Assembly: GCA_951406725.2 (NCBI GenBank) | Contig: OX597816.1 | Span: 76,384,001 to 76,448,000 of the forward strand | Source: Octopus vulgaris | Lineage: Eukaryota | DNA: 64,000 nucleotides | Direction: 5' to 3' | Shown: one piece after another, positions 40,200 through 55,035 of the stretch | How positions within the stretch are numbered: the first letter of the stretch is position 1 | How the letters are laid out: the number at the start of each line of letters is the position of its first letter | Notes under the pieces: generated by a model | Seen by the model: only the letters and a program-made list of their open reading frames with translations | What the model was told of the DNA's origin: nothing | The model's database searches: none | Translations under genes and position numbers: made by a program

Positions 40200-41224
40200 T
40201 CTATCTATATATATAAAACTCTAGTTGTGTGAGTGTCTGTCCCCTTCGATTTAGATTCCTAACTCCTCCCACATTTTGCGGTGCAGTTTAACCAAATTCG
40301 GGTATCTTATAGTCGTGATTCATATCGAGCCCGTCTGACTATTAGCGCGCGTCAACGATGAGTCTACGATTTTAAAAATAATTTAACGTCATTTTTTATT
40401 CCATTTTAATGCATAAAATGCATCGTGTGTCGATGGCGGCGGAGTTGGCGTCCACGCTCACAGCTGCACCTGTTTGCTTCTCCCCCTTCCCTCCCTCGTG
40501 AAGCTGTGGGGAAGGGAGTGTAAAGAAATCAACGTCGTAATGCGTTGTGAAGGAAACCAGCGTTCTTTTAGAACAACGACTTCATGGCTTGAAGACACCA
40601 AAACAAAAATGGCTAAGAAAGCCCGAATTTATAAGGGAAGTAACTCTCTAAAAATGCTTATATAGTTATTTCCCTTACAAATCCGAGCAACGCCGGGCGA
40701 TACTGCTAGTATATATATAAAACTGTAGTTGTGTGAGTGTCTGACTCCTACGATTTAGATTCCTAACTCCTCCCACATTTTGCGGTGCAGTTTAACCAAA
40801 TTCGGGTATCTTATAGTCGTGATTAATATCGAGCCCGTCTGGCTATTAGCGCGCGTCTACGATGAGTCTACGATTTAAAAAATAATTTAACATCATTTTT
40901 TATTCCATTTTAATGCATAATTTTTCGTGTGTCGATGGCGGCGGAGTTGGTGTCCACGCTCAAACACCTGCACCTGTGTTTGCTTCTCCCCCTTCTTCCC
41001 TCCCTCGTGAAGCTGTGGGGAAGGGAGTTTAAGGAAATCAACGTCGTAATGCGTTGTCAAGGAGACCAGCGTTCTTTTAGAACAACGACTTCATGGCTTG
41101 AAGACACCAAAACAGAAATGGCTAAGAAAGCCCGAATTGGCATCTATAAAGGAAGTAACTCTCTAAAAATGCTTATATAATTATTTCCCTTACAAACCCG
41201 AGCAACGCCGGGCGATACTGCTAG
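40200..41224 (+). mobile_element. Head-to-tail dimer of a ~510-bp non-autonomous Helitron
   Basis: Units 40200-40709 and 40710-41224. 5' TCtatatatataaaact; each unit ends with the hairpin ccgagcaacgccgg then atactgCTAG|T. Confidence 0.9.
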
Positions 41225-41589
41225 TCATACATATATTTTAACTAACGCTACTTCGTGCACCTCTTCAAAATCAATTCAAGCTTTAAGAAAAGTAACTCAC
41301 ATGCACAAATATACTGCTTACTGTGTTTCTTACTGGTCTATGAATTAAAAAATTGATTCCTGTAATTGATGAAGTGTCCGATGACTTCATCCATAACATA
41401 GCGATGCGTTTTTGTAAATATATTTAAGAGGAATATTTTTCCCGCGTGAGTTTCCACCGCAAATGTTTGTCACGCAAATCTCAATACACGAACCTGTTAA
41501 ATATAACTGTTCATACCTATATTTCAATCAACGCTACTTCGTCAGCTTCTAGTTATACATACATACATACATACATACATACATACATA

Positions 41590-42874
41590 CAGGTTGGGGC
41601 AGAGAAGACGGACGTTTTTGAAAAATTTACAAAATCATAATTTTAGCTGCAAACAAATTTTATTGATATCAATGTGTCTGTATTGAATTAGCATTTGTCA
41701 AAATTAAGTGTGGAAAACAACATCCATCAGGTATCCGTTTTCATTGATGCATTTCTGAAGGCATTCTTGGAAGCATTGCTCTGTTGATTTGGGTGACTTC
41801 GACGCGAATAGCTTCCTTCAAATCGTCCAATGTACGGGGTTTATGCGCATACACACGTGCCTTGAAGTTTCCCCACAAGAAATTATCACACTTGGATAAA
41901 TCAGGGGACCGAGTGGGAAAGAAAAGTCAGTAAACCTGTAAACGAAGAGAGGGCGAAGAACTCCATTGATGCTCTCGCTGTGTGGGCCGACGCCCCATCA
42001 TGCTGTAACCACACACGTCGAATAGGCATACATTTTCGTCGTAATTCAGGCACAAAGTTATTTATCATTTCGATGTAACGTTCGGAGTTCTCAGCAACAG
42101 CATCTCCATTACTGTCTTAAGAAAAGTAAGGACCAATCACTGCAGCTTTTCCAGCAGAACTCCACGCAGTCACTTTTGGGATGTGCAGTGGTCTTTCGTG
42201 CAGTTCTTTTGAATTTTCAAGATCCCAGTAACGACAGTTCTGTTGATGTCATTAAGATGAAAATGAGCTTCATCACAAATTAACAAAATGAGGTTGTCAT
42301 TTGCCTCAAAAATTGCTTCCATCTCACGTGCGAAGTTAAGCCGTTGTGCATAGTCTCATGGTTTTAACTGTTGCCCAGTAACCAACTTGTACCGGTGGAA
42401 ATGCAGGTCTTCATGCAAAATACGCCCTACCGATCGATTACCGATGCCAAGTTCAGTGGAATGCTTCCTAGGAGAGCGATTCGGACTCCGTATCAAAGCT
42501 TGTCTTACACGTTCCACATTTTCCGGGGCCTCTATCGTTGGTAGCGCCCCTACCAGCCTCCTATTCATTAAAGTACATCGTAAACGATGCGCATTCACCC
42601 AAAGTAAGATTGTGCTTCGAGTGGGAACGGCCTGATTTCGGTGAATGTTGAAGTAGCGCCGAAACTTACTCTGAACTGCTGTGACAGTTTCGCTATTCTC
42701 CACGTAACTGTCGTAGGCAAACACGGGATGCTCTGTCGTCCACAGCGCCTTGGCTTCACCTGAAAAGAAAAAGAATACTAAGACACCACGGACCGAATGG
42801 TACCTGTCGAACATATGTCCCTCCCGCTGGGGCTGAGCCATTTCAAAAACATCTCTCCTCTATGCCCTACCCTG
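41590..42874 (-). mobile_element. Full-length decayed IS630/Tc1/mariner transposon (rosa/DD41D-like)
   Basis: TIRs TA|caggttggggcagagaagacggacgtttttgaaa and tttcaaaaacatctctcctctatgccctaccctg|TA; HTH ORF 42356-42841; VWLQHDGASAHT and RSPDLSKCDNFLWG. Confidence 0.88.
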
Positions 42875-44149
42875 TACATGATGGGTGATGACTGTCCACT
42901 CGTAACGAGGAAGATCATCATTGATCATTTCCCATGAAAAATGTCAGCAATACACGTGCATGAGGTTATTGTACCTGCAGTCAGCTTCAAGTGGCGATGT
43001 CTCCCATATCAGAAAAACCAAGTTCTCCCAAATTTTGATGATATTTGTGGGTGTTTCCGGTGACGTTGATCAAGCCGTCCCTTATCTTTGAATACACATT
43101 TAGGGCTCAGTTCAGACGGTTATATGAAACTACCTGAGATTGTGGTCAGTCTCTGGTTGGAGGCGGGGGTGCTGGAAGGTCATATGTGTGACTGCAGGAT
43201 TCAGTTTTTTGCCATACCCCGGAAAGAGGCGGAAGTGGTTGTCGGGGTATTTCTACGACTTCACCTGCCCCAATTTCCAGCCTCCTAATTACTCCCATTA
43301 CGCAGAACAGCCTGAATATTTAAATATATATATGAACTTACACATACGTGTGTGAGATAGTGTACGAATGCGTATGTATGCATGTATTTACCTATGTATT
43401 TCTAACTCTGACTGTTGCCGACTCATACTCATGCATATTCTTCTGATACTTGTCATGACATCCTCAGTCTCTGGTATTAAAATACAATGACATTGTTCTT
43501 AGTCAAAACAATCGTAGACCAGTCATTAAGTTTTGCGTGATCCTAAACTCTTAAATCTTTTATCAAAGAAATCCAAAATTTCGCTGTGCAGGAGCAAACA
43601 CTGTGGAGCAGTCAAAGAAAATTCGAGCTCAGTAGCTTCTTTTAGATTGATCTTCTGCATCCGAGTCTTACTTATGATCCACATTTCCCTGCTATATAAT
43701 TAAAATATTCATATATAAATAAATTAATTATATTCCATAGTTTTTCTATCAGAGTTCAACAATATTTCCATTCAAATATAAATTCGTATATGGGGAAAAC
43801 ATTTTCTCACGTGATATTTGTTAAAAGTACGCCAAATTATTATGGATATTAAGATTTCTCCAGAGGAAATCATGTTTTATAAATAAAAATAGTAATATTA
43901 TGTATGCTGTTCAAATTTTTTAGGAAATTTGCCAATTGTTAGAACAGTCGCCAACAGGATTCACGTGAAAATACAAATTATCTGATCATATTCAGATACA
44001 CACACATGTATAAATAATCGGGTGTATGTATGTGCATGTGTACACGTACATGTGTGTCTGTGTATGTGTAAGCATAGAGTTATGAATCTTTGTTTCTATA
44101 TAAGTGGCTGCATTTTAGAAACGTTATTTTACTAATACAGTAGATTTTA

Positions 44150-44151
<2 letters not shown>

Positions 44152-44209
<58 letters not shown>

Positions 44210-44223
44210 GTAATAACAATAAT
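44152..44223. repeat. (AAT)n microsatellite
   Basis: Direct tandem repeats. Confidence 0.95.
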
Positions 44224-44289
44224 GTTATGGGGAAAATGTGGGTGTTGATGTCAAGAAAAAGAATATATTGGGAGTGACAAAAGAAAAGA

Positions 44290-46800
44290 TCCGTTGTGGA
44301 AAAGAAGAATACAGGCGGGGTTAGAAATCGTTGCAGGTGACTTAACTGAAGAGCGTGTCTGCACATTAGGAGCCACGGTGTACCTAATTCGCCACTCGGA
44401 GGATGCTAGTAACAGATGACCGCTTGACCACTGGAACGCGTTCCTTCTACAAGAATTTAAATAAGAGACGCTCCAGCTTGGTCAACCGGGCAAGACACGA
44501 AGGTCAGGCGATAAATAACTGAGGCGATGTAAGCATTCACTACATCTGCCCGACCTTTCAAGGACAGCTTCTACATAGCCCATTTCTGGGTAAGTCTGGC
44601 CGCCCTGTTCTCCTCGTCTCAGTTTTTATCAACCAGACCCCGACCGATTTAACAGGTTCGTCGGTCCAGGGTCCGACGACCCCGTCCGATGGCATCGTCC
44701 TGCCTCTCCAGGAGCCCAACCGCAAACCCACCGATTTGTTGGTGTTGACTTTAGCCTATGAAACCGACTAATATTCCTTTAGGATGATGCCGATAGTCTC
44801 ACTTTCGGAGGTGTTCGACACCATGACAGTGACCTCGTCTGCGATTTCCAACACTGCCGTTCCTTGTCCCAGTTCGAATGGGATGCCTCTTAGCTGTTCC
44901 AAATTCTGCAACAGTGGCTAGCCTTCCAATACGTACAAAAGAGGCGAAATCGGGCATTCCTGACGGACCCAGCATGCGATGTCAAACGGCTCTGATAGCC
45001 GATCATATACTTTGACCACTGAACAGCAACCCAGCCTCTACACGGGTTGGAAACCGCCTGCCTTCAGGATGGCTTTCAAGTAGCGATGGCCTCAACCCTA
45101 TCGAACGCTTTTGATTGATCCAACGTGATCAGAGCACCTACGGAGCCAGCTTTGGTCCCAACCCTCTCGATGCTGTATTGCATAAGGTGGAAGTTGCGCT
45201 CCTCCGACCAGGCTACCGACAAGCATCAGTCTTGTCGCTAACAACTTGGCTAAAATCTTGTTAAGCAGAGTTATGGGCCGAAAATTCTCTATTACGTCAC
45301 CATTGTCAGTGTCCTTCCGTAGCAGTGTCACCACACCTCTGCTAACTGCACAAGGAATTCCCCTGTTGTATTATCAGTTGCAGTAAACGCCTGCCAAGGG
45401 GTCTCCAACCAAATCTGGCATGAATGCATAGAGTTCATAGAGCGGACAATAAAAACCGGGCGATCTGCGACTTGCGCAATCGCTCACCGCCTTCCAAATT
45501 TTAGCGGCTGTTATTGGCCTTTCACGTAACCTCGCGTTAGCTGCCGAGAGCTACGACAAGCCGTGCAAGTACGATCTAAAGTTCAGTACCGTTGTCGACC
45601 CATCGCCCTCTCCAAACAGGTGTGCGAAGTGCTGCTGAAAAGCCTCACACATCTACTTGAAGCTGCGTAGCATGTATCCATCCCGACACGTCAAAGACCC
45701 GATCGTGGTTTTGTTTCAACGTGGCGTCTCCACCGTTCAAGCTCATCGGAAAGCTTTAATTCCTTCCTGTTTGAGCGCAGAAGCCTTAGCTCTGACAACG
45801 CAATCTTCGTGTTTCGCTTCGAAGAAATGGTCAAGGGTCATTCTCGTCGCTAACACATCGGTCTCAAAGCTCTTTTTAATCACCTAATTTGTAATTAGTT
45901 CATTCTCTAATCTATTCCTATGTACTGCTAACTCTTTGCTAAACGCTAATGTTTCTGTTCTAATCGCCCTCCTCATGGCGGCCCACCACCGGTTGTTGAC
46001 GATTGCCCCCGTCAACTGCCGCTTAACTAGTTCACTAATCCGGACCCTGTAGTCTTTGCGTGCCGTAAGGACGCGTTTATCTTCCAGTAAACGGGTCTCT
46101 GTCTGCAGACCCTAACTAGACTGTACAGATCACAAGCATGTGGTCTGTGTAGCCGAGTAATTTAAATTGTGGAAAACCTACACTATCCTTATCCTTTGAC
46201 CTAATTAATACTCTATCTACATACAATCTGGATCACCCATTCTGGTTGCTCCATGCCCACACGGGCACATCAGAGAAATCTAGTTGATACCAATCAGACA
46301 ATTGGAAGTCTCTGATTAGGTTTACGAGGCTTTTGCATCCCCTCCTTCTGTATACTAGTCCCATACATTCCTTTCGTGCGTCCAAAATCCCATTCCAGTC
46401 CCCTACAACTACTAAACTGCAAGAGTTTCCCAGTAACGTTTCTTGACACCTGAAGAATTATGACCTCCCAACCCCTTTCGGAGCATAGATGATCACCAAT
46501 CTAAGGGCGTTATCTTCGCTACCATACATATTTTAGACCATTCAGACGATTGCCTTTTTTCGAGATCTAAGTATTTTCAGAATAGCACTGCTACCGCGCC
46601 GCCCGCTTCCGACAGACCACATGATAAGAATATCTCATAGTCATCGAAAATGGCTGCTATTGCTTGTGCATTAGAAATCCTTGTCCCGCTAATTGCAGCC
46701 ACATCTAAATCGATCGACTTGAGGTCGTTTAACAAGTGACCTTGCTTCCAAACTGACCCAGGCCATGATCATTCACACGGCTCACCCTGAAAATGACCGT
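44290..46800 (-). mobile_element. L1/Tx1-clade LINE ORF2 (APE + RT), decayed
   Basis: GC-richer island. NDLKSIDLDVAAISGT and VGDWNGILD (APE); VTLLRKD...NFRPITLLNKILAK and VRQECPISPLLYVL (RT). Confidence 0.85.
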
Positions 46801-48100
46801 GTTTATCAGAAAAACAAAATGGAAGACATTTAGTAAAGAAAAAAGGTCTCATAAGATTCAAACGGTTCCTGAGCGGATATCTCCATCCAAATTCCAGAGA
46901 AACCACTTACACTCGGGTATATCTGTAAACAATAACTCTTTATGCGAATGGGCCATAGTTCTCTAAGGATGTCTATAACATGAAACGATATTCGATGTCT
47001 TTTCCAGATAATGTTTTTAAGTTAGGTATGGCCTGGGTAAATTCTAACCGAAATTTATCTAAGTATTCCATTGCAATCTTAATGTTTGTCAATACTAAAA
47101 CGATGCACCAAAACCTCGACTTGTTTTCTTATACTACATTTTGCATTTGCTTATTTAAAAAGAAAACATACAAGAATCCCACTTATATAATAGAATGACA
47201 TATTTGGATAGGGCAGTCGTAAAAACATTACATCTGAAAAAATCAGAGACGGTGCTTAAGGCTTGAAGGCACTTAATCAAATGTCTCCTGTATCAAGCTT
47301 AATCTCGGAGTAAACAAATTGGGAGCGTCGAAGTGTTCTTTCAATCCGACTGAAATAGCAAATAGATTTCCCCCAAATTACAGTCCAAACTACTGAAAGC
47401 AAATATAAGCACGTTGAATAATTCTGTTGTAAATACACTATGGCAGAAAGTAAAATAAAAAAAGATAAAATAATCACGGCTGTGACACATATCTGTATAT
47501 GTTTTCTAGAGTAGAAGTGACCAAGCGTTGAGATATTTTCCTACAGTAAATCACTGTGAAGTAAGACATTTATTACCTATTCTACTGATGTTCGAAAACA
47601 ACACGAAGAATTGATCAATGAATTGTTTTTAGAGCAGGGTATATTATCATTCCTAGGATACCAATACTCTATTTCTTAGACATGATATCAATACTATGAT
47701 AGCACTTTCATTGGAATGTTTTCTCTTTGAATATATGCAAATGTGTGCGTATGCAATGACAGATATCTCTTCAACTATTCCGTGAAATTAATGTAATCAT
47801 GACTTAAATAAACATTTAGTAATTAGTTTTAAATATATTATCGTAACATAATGTCTTTAGGAAGTACACAGTTCAGAATGGAGAGGCTTTCTTGATAGAT
47901 TTAAAGGAATACATGACATGAAGTAGGTTAAAGATGGCTAGATGTGCGAGAGTAAAGATTAATTAATCGAAACATGGGCAAAGATATTTATAAGCTCTGT
48001 AGAAGATAATTAGTGAATTTGTCCATTTAGACACACTACTTGTTAATATATGTAGCGTCTTTAAATAGACCAAATTCACCCGCGTGCACACACATGTATA

Positions 48101-48134
<34 letters not shown>

Positions 48135-48202
48135 TACATATGTGAAGAACATGTTTGACTTAATAACATCTGTGTGTAAATAACTACACTATGTGTGTGT
48201 AT

Positions 48203-48245
<43 letters not shown>

Positions 48246-48246
<1 letters not shown>

Positions 48247-48445
48247 CAATAATAAAAAAAGTGTAAAATTAATTAATTAATTAATAATTAATAATTTTAC
48301 CAAGTAGTTCGGTACGTTAAAAAAAATCATTATCGGTAAACTTATATAAAAATTCTATAATTATAATTAGGATTCAGCAAAAATTTGCTTCACCACATAC
48401 CGAAATTTAGAAATAGCAGTTAAAACGAATTATTTCACTACCACG
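48246..48445 (-). mobile_element. PLE pseudo-LTR 3' end abutting (TA)n
   Basis: Matches 62855-62935 directly and 63125-63220 in reverse complement. Confidence 0.7.
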
Positions 48446-49259
48446 CAGTGTGAATGTGTGTGTGTGTGTTTGTGTTGTTCCTGTTTTCTTTACCTGCCTA
48501 TCTATTTGCGGACAAAGATTTGATCAAATGGTTAAGAAATTTGTTTTCATGTCATGGGATCCTCGATTTCATCCCACTTTATGGTGTCTTGGCAAGCGTC
48601 GTACCACGACTTTATTTAATACTCAACCCTACTGACTGCAATGGAATGGACAAAATCCCGCCAGCTGCATCGTATTGGGTCAGACTAATGTTGGTGATCA
48701 GAATTACGTTCATGGTACACGTGCCTGTGAAGTACTCAACAAATTCTACCTTAATTTAACATAGAAGTAACATTGGTTGAATAATCGATTTTGATCGTCA
48801 AGTCAATGGAGGAATCATTAATCACTGAATTATTGATATATCAATCTCTAGTGATGCAAAAGCTGTTGACATATTCAGAATTGCTTTCTGATAAAATAAT
48901 AGTTCTTTTATTTAGGCACAGTGCTACGCATATGTACAGTATGACAATAGCTGTGTTATAGGCTTGACGTTTACCGTAGTGTAATATCATAGACGTAAAA
49001 CAATTGCGGAACATATTAAGATCATCATCAGCTTGAGCGAAAGATATTTTCACCTTCAAATACTATTTATAAATCTGTGTTATAATAAAGATCGTCTGAT
49101 TTCTAGTGTATGCTAAGCATAATTATTCGGCTACGTTGTGAAGATGTAATGAGGCAGTAAGTTTCATCTAATCGTTTTCCCAAACTAGTGTCGTATTAAA
49201 TTTACAATCTCAAAACTCACCAATGCATACACACGCACGTATGTATGTATTATGTATGT

Positions 49260-49345
49260 ATTTCTTGCCAATAAAGAGCCGGTTTCTAACTTAGATTCGA
49301 GATTCCTTCATTGGAATTCCAACATCAACAGGGTATTTTTTGCAG
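49260..49345 (-). mobile_element. R4/Dong 3'-terminal fragment in short TATG repeats
   Basis: tttcttgccaataaagagccggtttctaacttagat...ccttcattggaattccaacatcaacagggtattttt matches 10084-10169. Confidence 0.75.
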
Positions 49346-49815
49346 GTATGTATATATAAATATGTATGTATGAACTAAAAATATAGCTAAAAGTATAGGG
49401 GAAAAATTATATAATCAGGCTACACTGTTGCACACCTAGCATCGTCGCGTAGCACACTAGTGTGCCGTGACATAGCGGTTACAGAGCACTGGTCTATTGA
49501 ATTGTTGATATACATTCTCAACACTACTATTTTCTTCCTATTTCTGTATATATGTGACCACTTCTAACCTGATTTATATTCGATTTGATGGTGAAGTCTA
49601 ACAGGATCGAAACATGCCGGCTCCTTTTACTGGTTGGTTGTAAATTCACATTCATTTCTAGCTTCTTTTCCAACCTACTTTGTGACTCCACTACCATATA
49701 CGCGCACATACACGCAAACAGAACATTGACGCATGCGTATACGCATGCATTCATTCATGGACTTAATTTTGAATTAATGGATGCTATTTTTTTAAAACTA
49801 TAAACAATATAATTA

Positions 49816-50022
49816 AGGCGGCGAGGTGGCAAAATTGTTTGCATGCTGAGCAAAATCCTTAGCAGCATATCATCTATCGTTTTGTTCAATTTCTGCCGAG
49901 GTCAGTTTTGCTTTTCATCCTTTCGGGGTCGTTAAAATAAGTACCAGTTTAACACTGGGGTAGGTCTAATCGACTCACCCCTCCCTTGAAATTACTATAC
50001 TTGTACCAACATTTGAAATCAA
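49816..50022 (+). mobile_element. tRNA-derived SINE, family 2
   Basis: aggcggcgaggtggcaaaattgtt...gttcaatttctgccgaggtc...tttcatcctttcggggtcg...aagtaccagt. Confidence 0.78.
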
Positions 50023-53000
50023 TATAAACAATAGTAGATGTAGCTTGCAGAATCAGAAGATTGCTTCAGGTTAATTGTTTCTTCCTTGGCCTTAGAAATC
50101 TATATAAACAGCATTAACCTTACAAGAACTCGAACCTTGCATACCGAACCACAACGAATATGTGTTTTTGTCCTTTTTTTCGCAGTAGATTCAAATGTTA
50201 GTAAATTCTTCTCGATATTTTGAGCCTACGCTGCTCCTCATCCGACTGTGTTGGTAATTCGTTAAATAATCATATTGATATCATATGAAAAAATCGGGCT
50301 TTCACTTGGTCGACGTCTGGAATCAAGATGTGATAAAATGTTATGTTACAAAATAGCAGAGGTATTCTGATTCAAGGCGCCCTAGGTAACTGCTAAATTA
50401 CTAAAGAAACAATGAAAGGCACAACATAATTATGTTGTTTAACCCGAAATTAGCTCTGTTCGACCGGATAATTGGCCAGAGGCATCCAGGCTGTGATTAT
50501 CCTGACATTTTATCTGCTTTTCATAGGAAGCCCAGTGATCCGGAGGGAGAATCGATGTTTCGTGAAAATTTGCATTCTAAAACTAATGGCTTCGTCGCAT
50601 TACGGTGTTTTCAAACAATAAATATCGGCAAAACGAAAGGATTGTCTATTTTATGTTTGATATTGCTCTTAATCGCATTGTTCTCATGTTCATGGAACAG
50701 TAAATAAATATTTTCATTATCATTTCGGTGATTTTTTTTTCTTTAAACATAAATCGAAATATGCAGTTTATTAATTTGCTGTATCGCATTTGATTAATAA
50801 TCTTAATTCGATTATGTACGATTTATTGCTATGGATTATGCAATTTAATTCCCTTGAATCACTCAAAGGAAACTTTTTAAATATCGACTGCACATGTTTC
50901 AACACATATATTTGAATCAAATTTCATCTGTTTCCAACACTCTACAGCTAATTTATTATTACGTCATTATATTCTTTTTATTTACCACTTTGCAATAAAT
51001 GAGTATCTCACAATACTGGGTAATATTGTTCTACCACAATGTTAATATCGTAGCATGTTACAATCTTCACACCAACTATTTGAATTTCTTGCTATCACTT
51101 TCAGTTCAACTTTGACATCATCTACCCTTTTTTTTATTATATTAATGTTTTTCATAAAAGTATGATTGCAATATCCATTAAGCTCTTTACTAATTACTTG
51201 CGCCCCAGCAATTTAGGCGGTAAAATAGTATGCAATTATAAAAATGCGGTAATCTCTTTACAGTTAGCAATTATATTCCGATAAGACAAGTTTGCAACAT
51301 GGTTTCAATTGCAACATGGTTTCAATTCCATCTTAATTAGATCACAAATACTTATGGTAATCGAACGAACATGTTATAAATCAATTTTACTTTTTAATTT
51401 CGAAAATGAGAGTCATGCGTAATCTTCGATGTTTTATGGATTGTGAGAGAATTAAGTCAAAGTCATATCCGTAGGAGATGCATTCTGTCAATTTTTAGAT
51501 TAGAAAAATAAAAGGCTTATCTATCCTAGACATGTTTACTGTAAAGCTGCCCAGAGTTCAAGAAACCAAAAAAAAATAAAAAAATAAAAAATTCTTGACA
51601 ATTTGATAAGTGCTACCGTGTCCTCTTCACGCTTTACTTTTTCCTTATCCTTTAGTGAAGAGGACCAGGCTACGCATATGACGCTTGCGCACTCTTGGGA
51701 ACCAAAGAAACTCTATTGTAATACATGTCTATCTTAGACAGCTGTAAGTTAACATCAAGAAGAGAAACATGTATGGGAAGTGAAATAGTCGTGAGAACTA
51801 GGTAATTCGGTCTTAATCTTTGCCATACAATATAACTGAGTGATATTGATAATATTCAAATTACATATTCGCCAAATATTTATCCTATGCTTATAATCTA
51901 GATCACGTCACGGAGCAAAATATATTATATTGCATGCTTTCACAACATATTATTGCATTAGAAAAATGACTTGTCGCTAATATCTAATCGCATTCTAGAA
52001 GTAAAAATTATTCTTAGCCCTGACAAATTGTTATATATAATTGTTGTATGGTGGGGTGGGGGGGCATAATCTGTGTGTGTGTGTGTGTTTGAGTGTGGTA
52101 AGGAGCGTGTTTGTACATGTATATATGTGTGCACACACATATATGTGTGTTGGTTTTTACATGTGTGTGCGCGGATGCCAAGTAGCGTGCGTGTTTGTAT
52201 GTTAGGGAGCACTGCGTAATATATGACAATGTGCGTGTGTTTATGTGAATGTGTGTGAGGATGAAACTACCAGGTTAGTAGCAATAGCGTTTAGCAGTAG
52301 ATGGACATGGATTCCAAAAGCTAGGGGTTATCTGTGTGAGTGCATGTGTGTCTGAGTGCTGCTGTGCGTGTACCTGTGTGTCCCTATGTATAGGCGTATG
52401 TGTCTGTGAGTGCGCACACACCGCACTTACACACGTATAGACAACACACACAGGCATATATACAAACGCTTACCTACTCAAAAAGCCCGCCACACCACAC
52501 GCACATGCAGGTCCACACACACACACACATGCAACGACTCACACATTCACATACAAACATATACGAACATACACAACCACTCACAGAAGCGAATTAAGCA
52601 CACATACATGCACACATGAGTATAAACTCGTGCACTCACACATATGAGCATCTTCCCAGTTCTATCTCCACCCCCGTCTATTCCACCCCACATAAAGAAT
52701 TACATCAATACTTCTTTATGGGAGGACAAGCAATCAGCAGAAGATCTAAGACCGAACAGACCTTGAACAAAAGGCAGAAAACTTACAGAGGTCACGGATA
52801 GCTAATGCAAAGAGAAACAAACACGCAAATACGCACATGTACACGCACGCACAGCCACACATATCCACACATACATACACACTGCCACACACACACGCAT
52901 ACACGCGCGCGCGCAAACAAACAAATGTAATGTCTCAGCCAGTGCACTTAAAGTGCACTGAATGAAACATTACATTTTCCTCTACGATTCTCTTCTCTTT

Positions 53001-53030
53001 GAGACTTGATAATTAAAATGTCGTAAATGA

Positions 53031-53091
<61 letters not shown>

Positions 53092-53108
53092 ATACATACA
53101 TACATACA

Positions 53109-53139
<31 letters not shown>

Positions 53140-53547
53140 TTCTCTTTTACTTGTTTCAGTTATTTTAGTGTGGCCATGCCGGAGCACCGCCTTTAGTCGA
53201 GAAAATCTACCCCAGGACTTCTTCTTTGTAAACCTAGTACTTATTGTATCTGTCTCTTTTGCCGAACCGCTAAATTTCTAGGTTGTAAACACACCAGCAT
53301 CGTTTGCCAAGCGATGTTGGGTGGACAAACACAGACACACAAGCATATACACACGCATACATATATATACACATACATACGACGGACTTCTTTCAGTTTC
53401 CGTCTACCAAATCCACTGAAAAGGGTTTGGTCGGCCCGAGGCTATAGTAGAAGACACTTGCCCAAGGTGTCACACAGTGGGACTGAACCCGGAACCATGC
53501 GGTTGATAAGCAAGCTACTTACCACACAGCCACTCTTACGCCTACCC
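53140..53547 (-). mobile_element. tRNA-derived SINE, family 1 (near complete)
   Basis: Minus-strand head gagtggctgtgtggtaagtagcttgc...ggttccgggttcagtccc; ccttgggcaagtg. Confidence 0.9.
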
Positions 53548-53576
53548 CATACATACCCTCACATATATACATATGT

Positions 53577-53609
<33 letters not shown>

Positions 53610-54175
53610 CATCTATACATACATCTATACATACATTTATACATGTGTGTGTGCGTGAATGTGTTCAGATATCTTCAAACACAATTTTATCCTCAAAATA
53701 GCATTATAATCATTTTGATTTCACTCGGCAGAAGGCCAGCATTATAGAGACGTGCGTACATACCAATCGATTTTACCATTTGCACTTATTCGCTGGAACA
53801 CAACTCATTGACCCTGCACAAATGAAATGCCAAGCCGAATTCGGGACAAATTGAACAGTTAAATAGTGTAATAACAATCTAAATACTGCAAAAGCCTCCA
53901 TTGTGTCTCTATTTGTTTTAAACGGCCTAATCACGATTACTTAAAACTGACATGAACATGGTTAGCGAAATAAAGGAACTTGTGATATGAAGATAGCAGA
54001 TAAAATCTCATATTACCTACTCTAAAATCGTTTAGACTCTGCAAGAATATATCCACTTCATGAATGACGTTGCCTCATTTATGATTCTAAAGTGTTTAAC
54101 AGAAGCGACTCATGTAAAAATTATACGTTCCTCAACAGCTTTCGTCAGGATACGTGTCCCTCTTTTATTACTCTT

Positions 54176-54189
54176 TATCTATCTATATA

Positions 54190-54244
<55 letters not shown>

Positions 54245-54361
54245 GCCTGCCTGCCTGTCTGCCTGTCTATCTGTCTGTCTACTCGTCTGTTTGTCTGTCT
54301 GTCTGCCTGCCTCTCTGTCTGCATGCCTCTCTATCTGTCTGTCTGTCTATCTATCTATCTG

Positions 54362-54440
<79 letters not shown>

Positions 54441-54455
54441 GTTTATCTATCTAGC
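54176..54455. repeat. (TCTG)n/(TCTA)n compound microsatellite
   Basis: Direct tandem repeats. Confidence 0.95.
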
Positions 54456-54788
54456 TAACTATCTATCTTGCTCGGGCGAGGTAATTCTTCGTCTTTACGA
54501 AATATATCTATATGCAGTGAATTAGTCATCTACTGTGTTCAAGTGTGCATCTTGGTAATGCATTCTACTCTGTTTCAAATTGACCGGATACAAATATGTG
54601 TACACATCGGGTGCTGGTCTGCAATACTACTTACAAAACAAAACTCACTTCATGAATCAATGAAGAGATTATTTAGTATTAAACTCATTCAGGACGACAA
54701 GAGTTGGCTTAACCTCCAATGTCTATCTTTGGCGAAAAATATATTTAAATACTGTAGAATTCAAATATAAATAATAAATAAAATAAAT

Positions 54789-55035
54789 GCGCCCTTTTAA
54801 AGCCTAGCCAGGCTCACGGGCCCAATTTGCCGGTTTCAATGGCGTATGTGTTCCCCAGCTGGACGGGACGCCAGTCCATCGCAGCGTTACTCATTTTTGT
54901 CAGCTGAATGGACTGGAGCAACGTGAAATGAAGTGTTTTGCCCAAGAACACAACGCGTCGCATAGTCCAGGAATCGAAACGTCAATATTACGATCATGAT
55001 GCTGACACCCTAACCACTAAGCTACGCGCCTCCAC
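54789..55035 (-). mobile_element. tRNA-derived SINE, family 3
   Basis: Minus-strand head gtggaggcgcgtagcttagtggttagggtg...tttcgattcctgg (A/B boxes), then ttgggcaaaacacttcatttcac. Confidence 0.8.

Noticed and set aside
46905-46935. Possible 12-nt micro-exon on the minus strand (tttacag|atatacccgagt|gtaagt)
   Set aside because: Such splice-like matches are expected by chance in 64 kb, and there is no transcript evidence.
54960-55035. tRNA gene
   Set aside because: The tRNA-like head continues into a SINE body and the cloverleaf is imperfect, so it is treated as a SINE.
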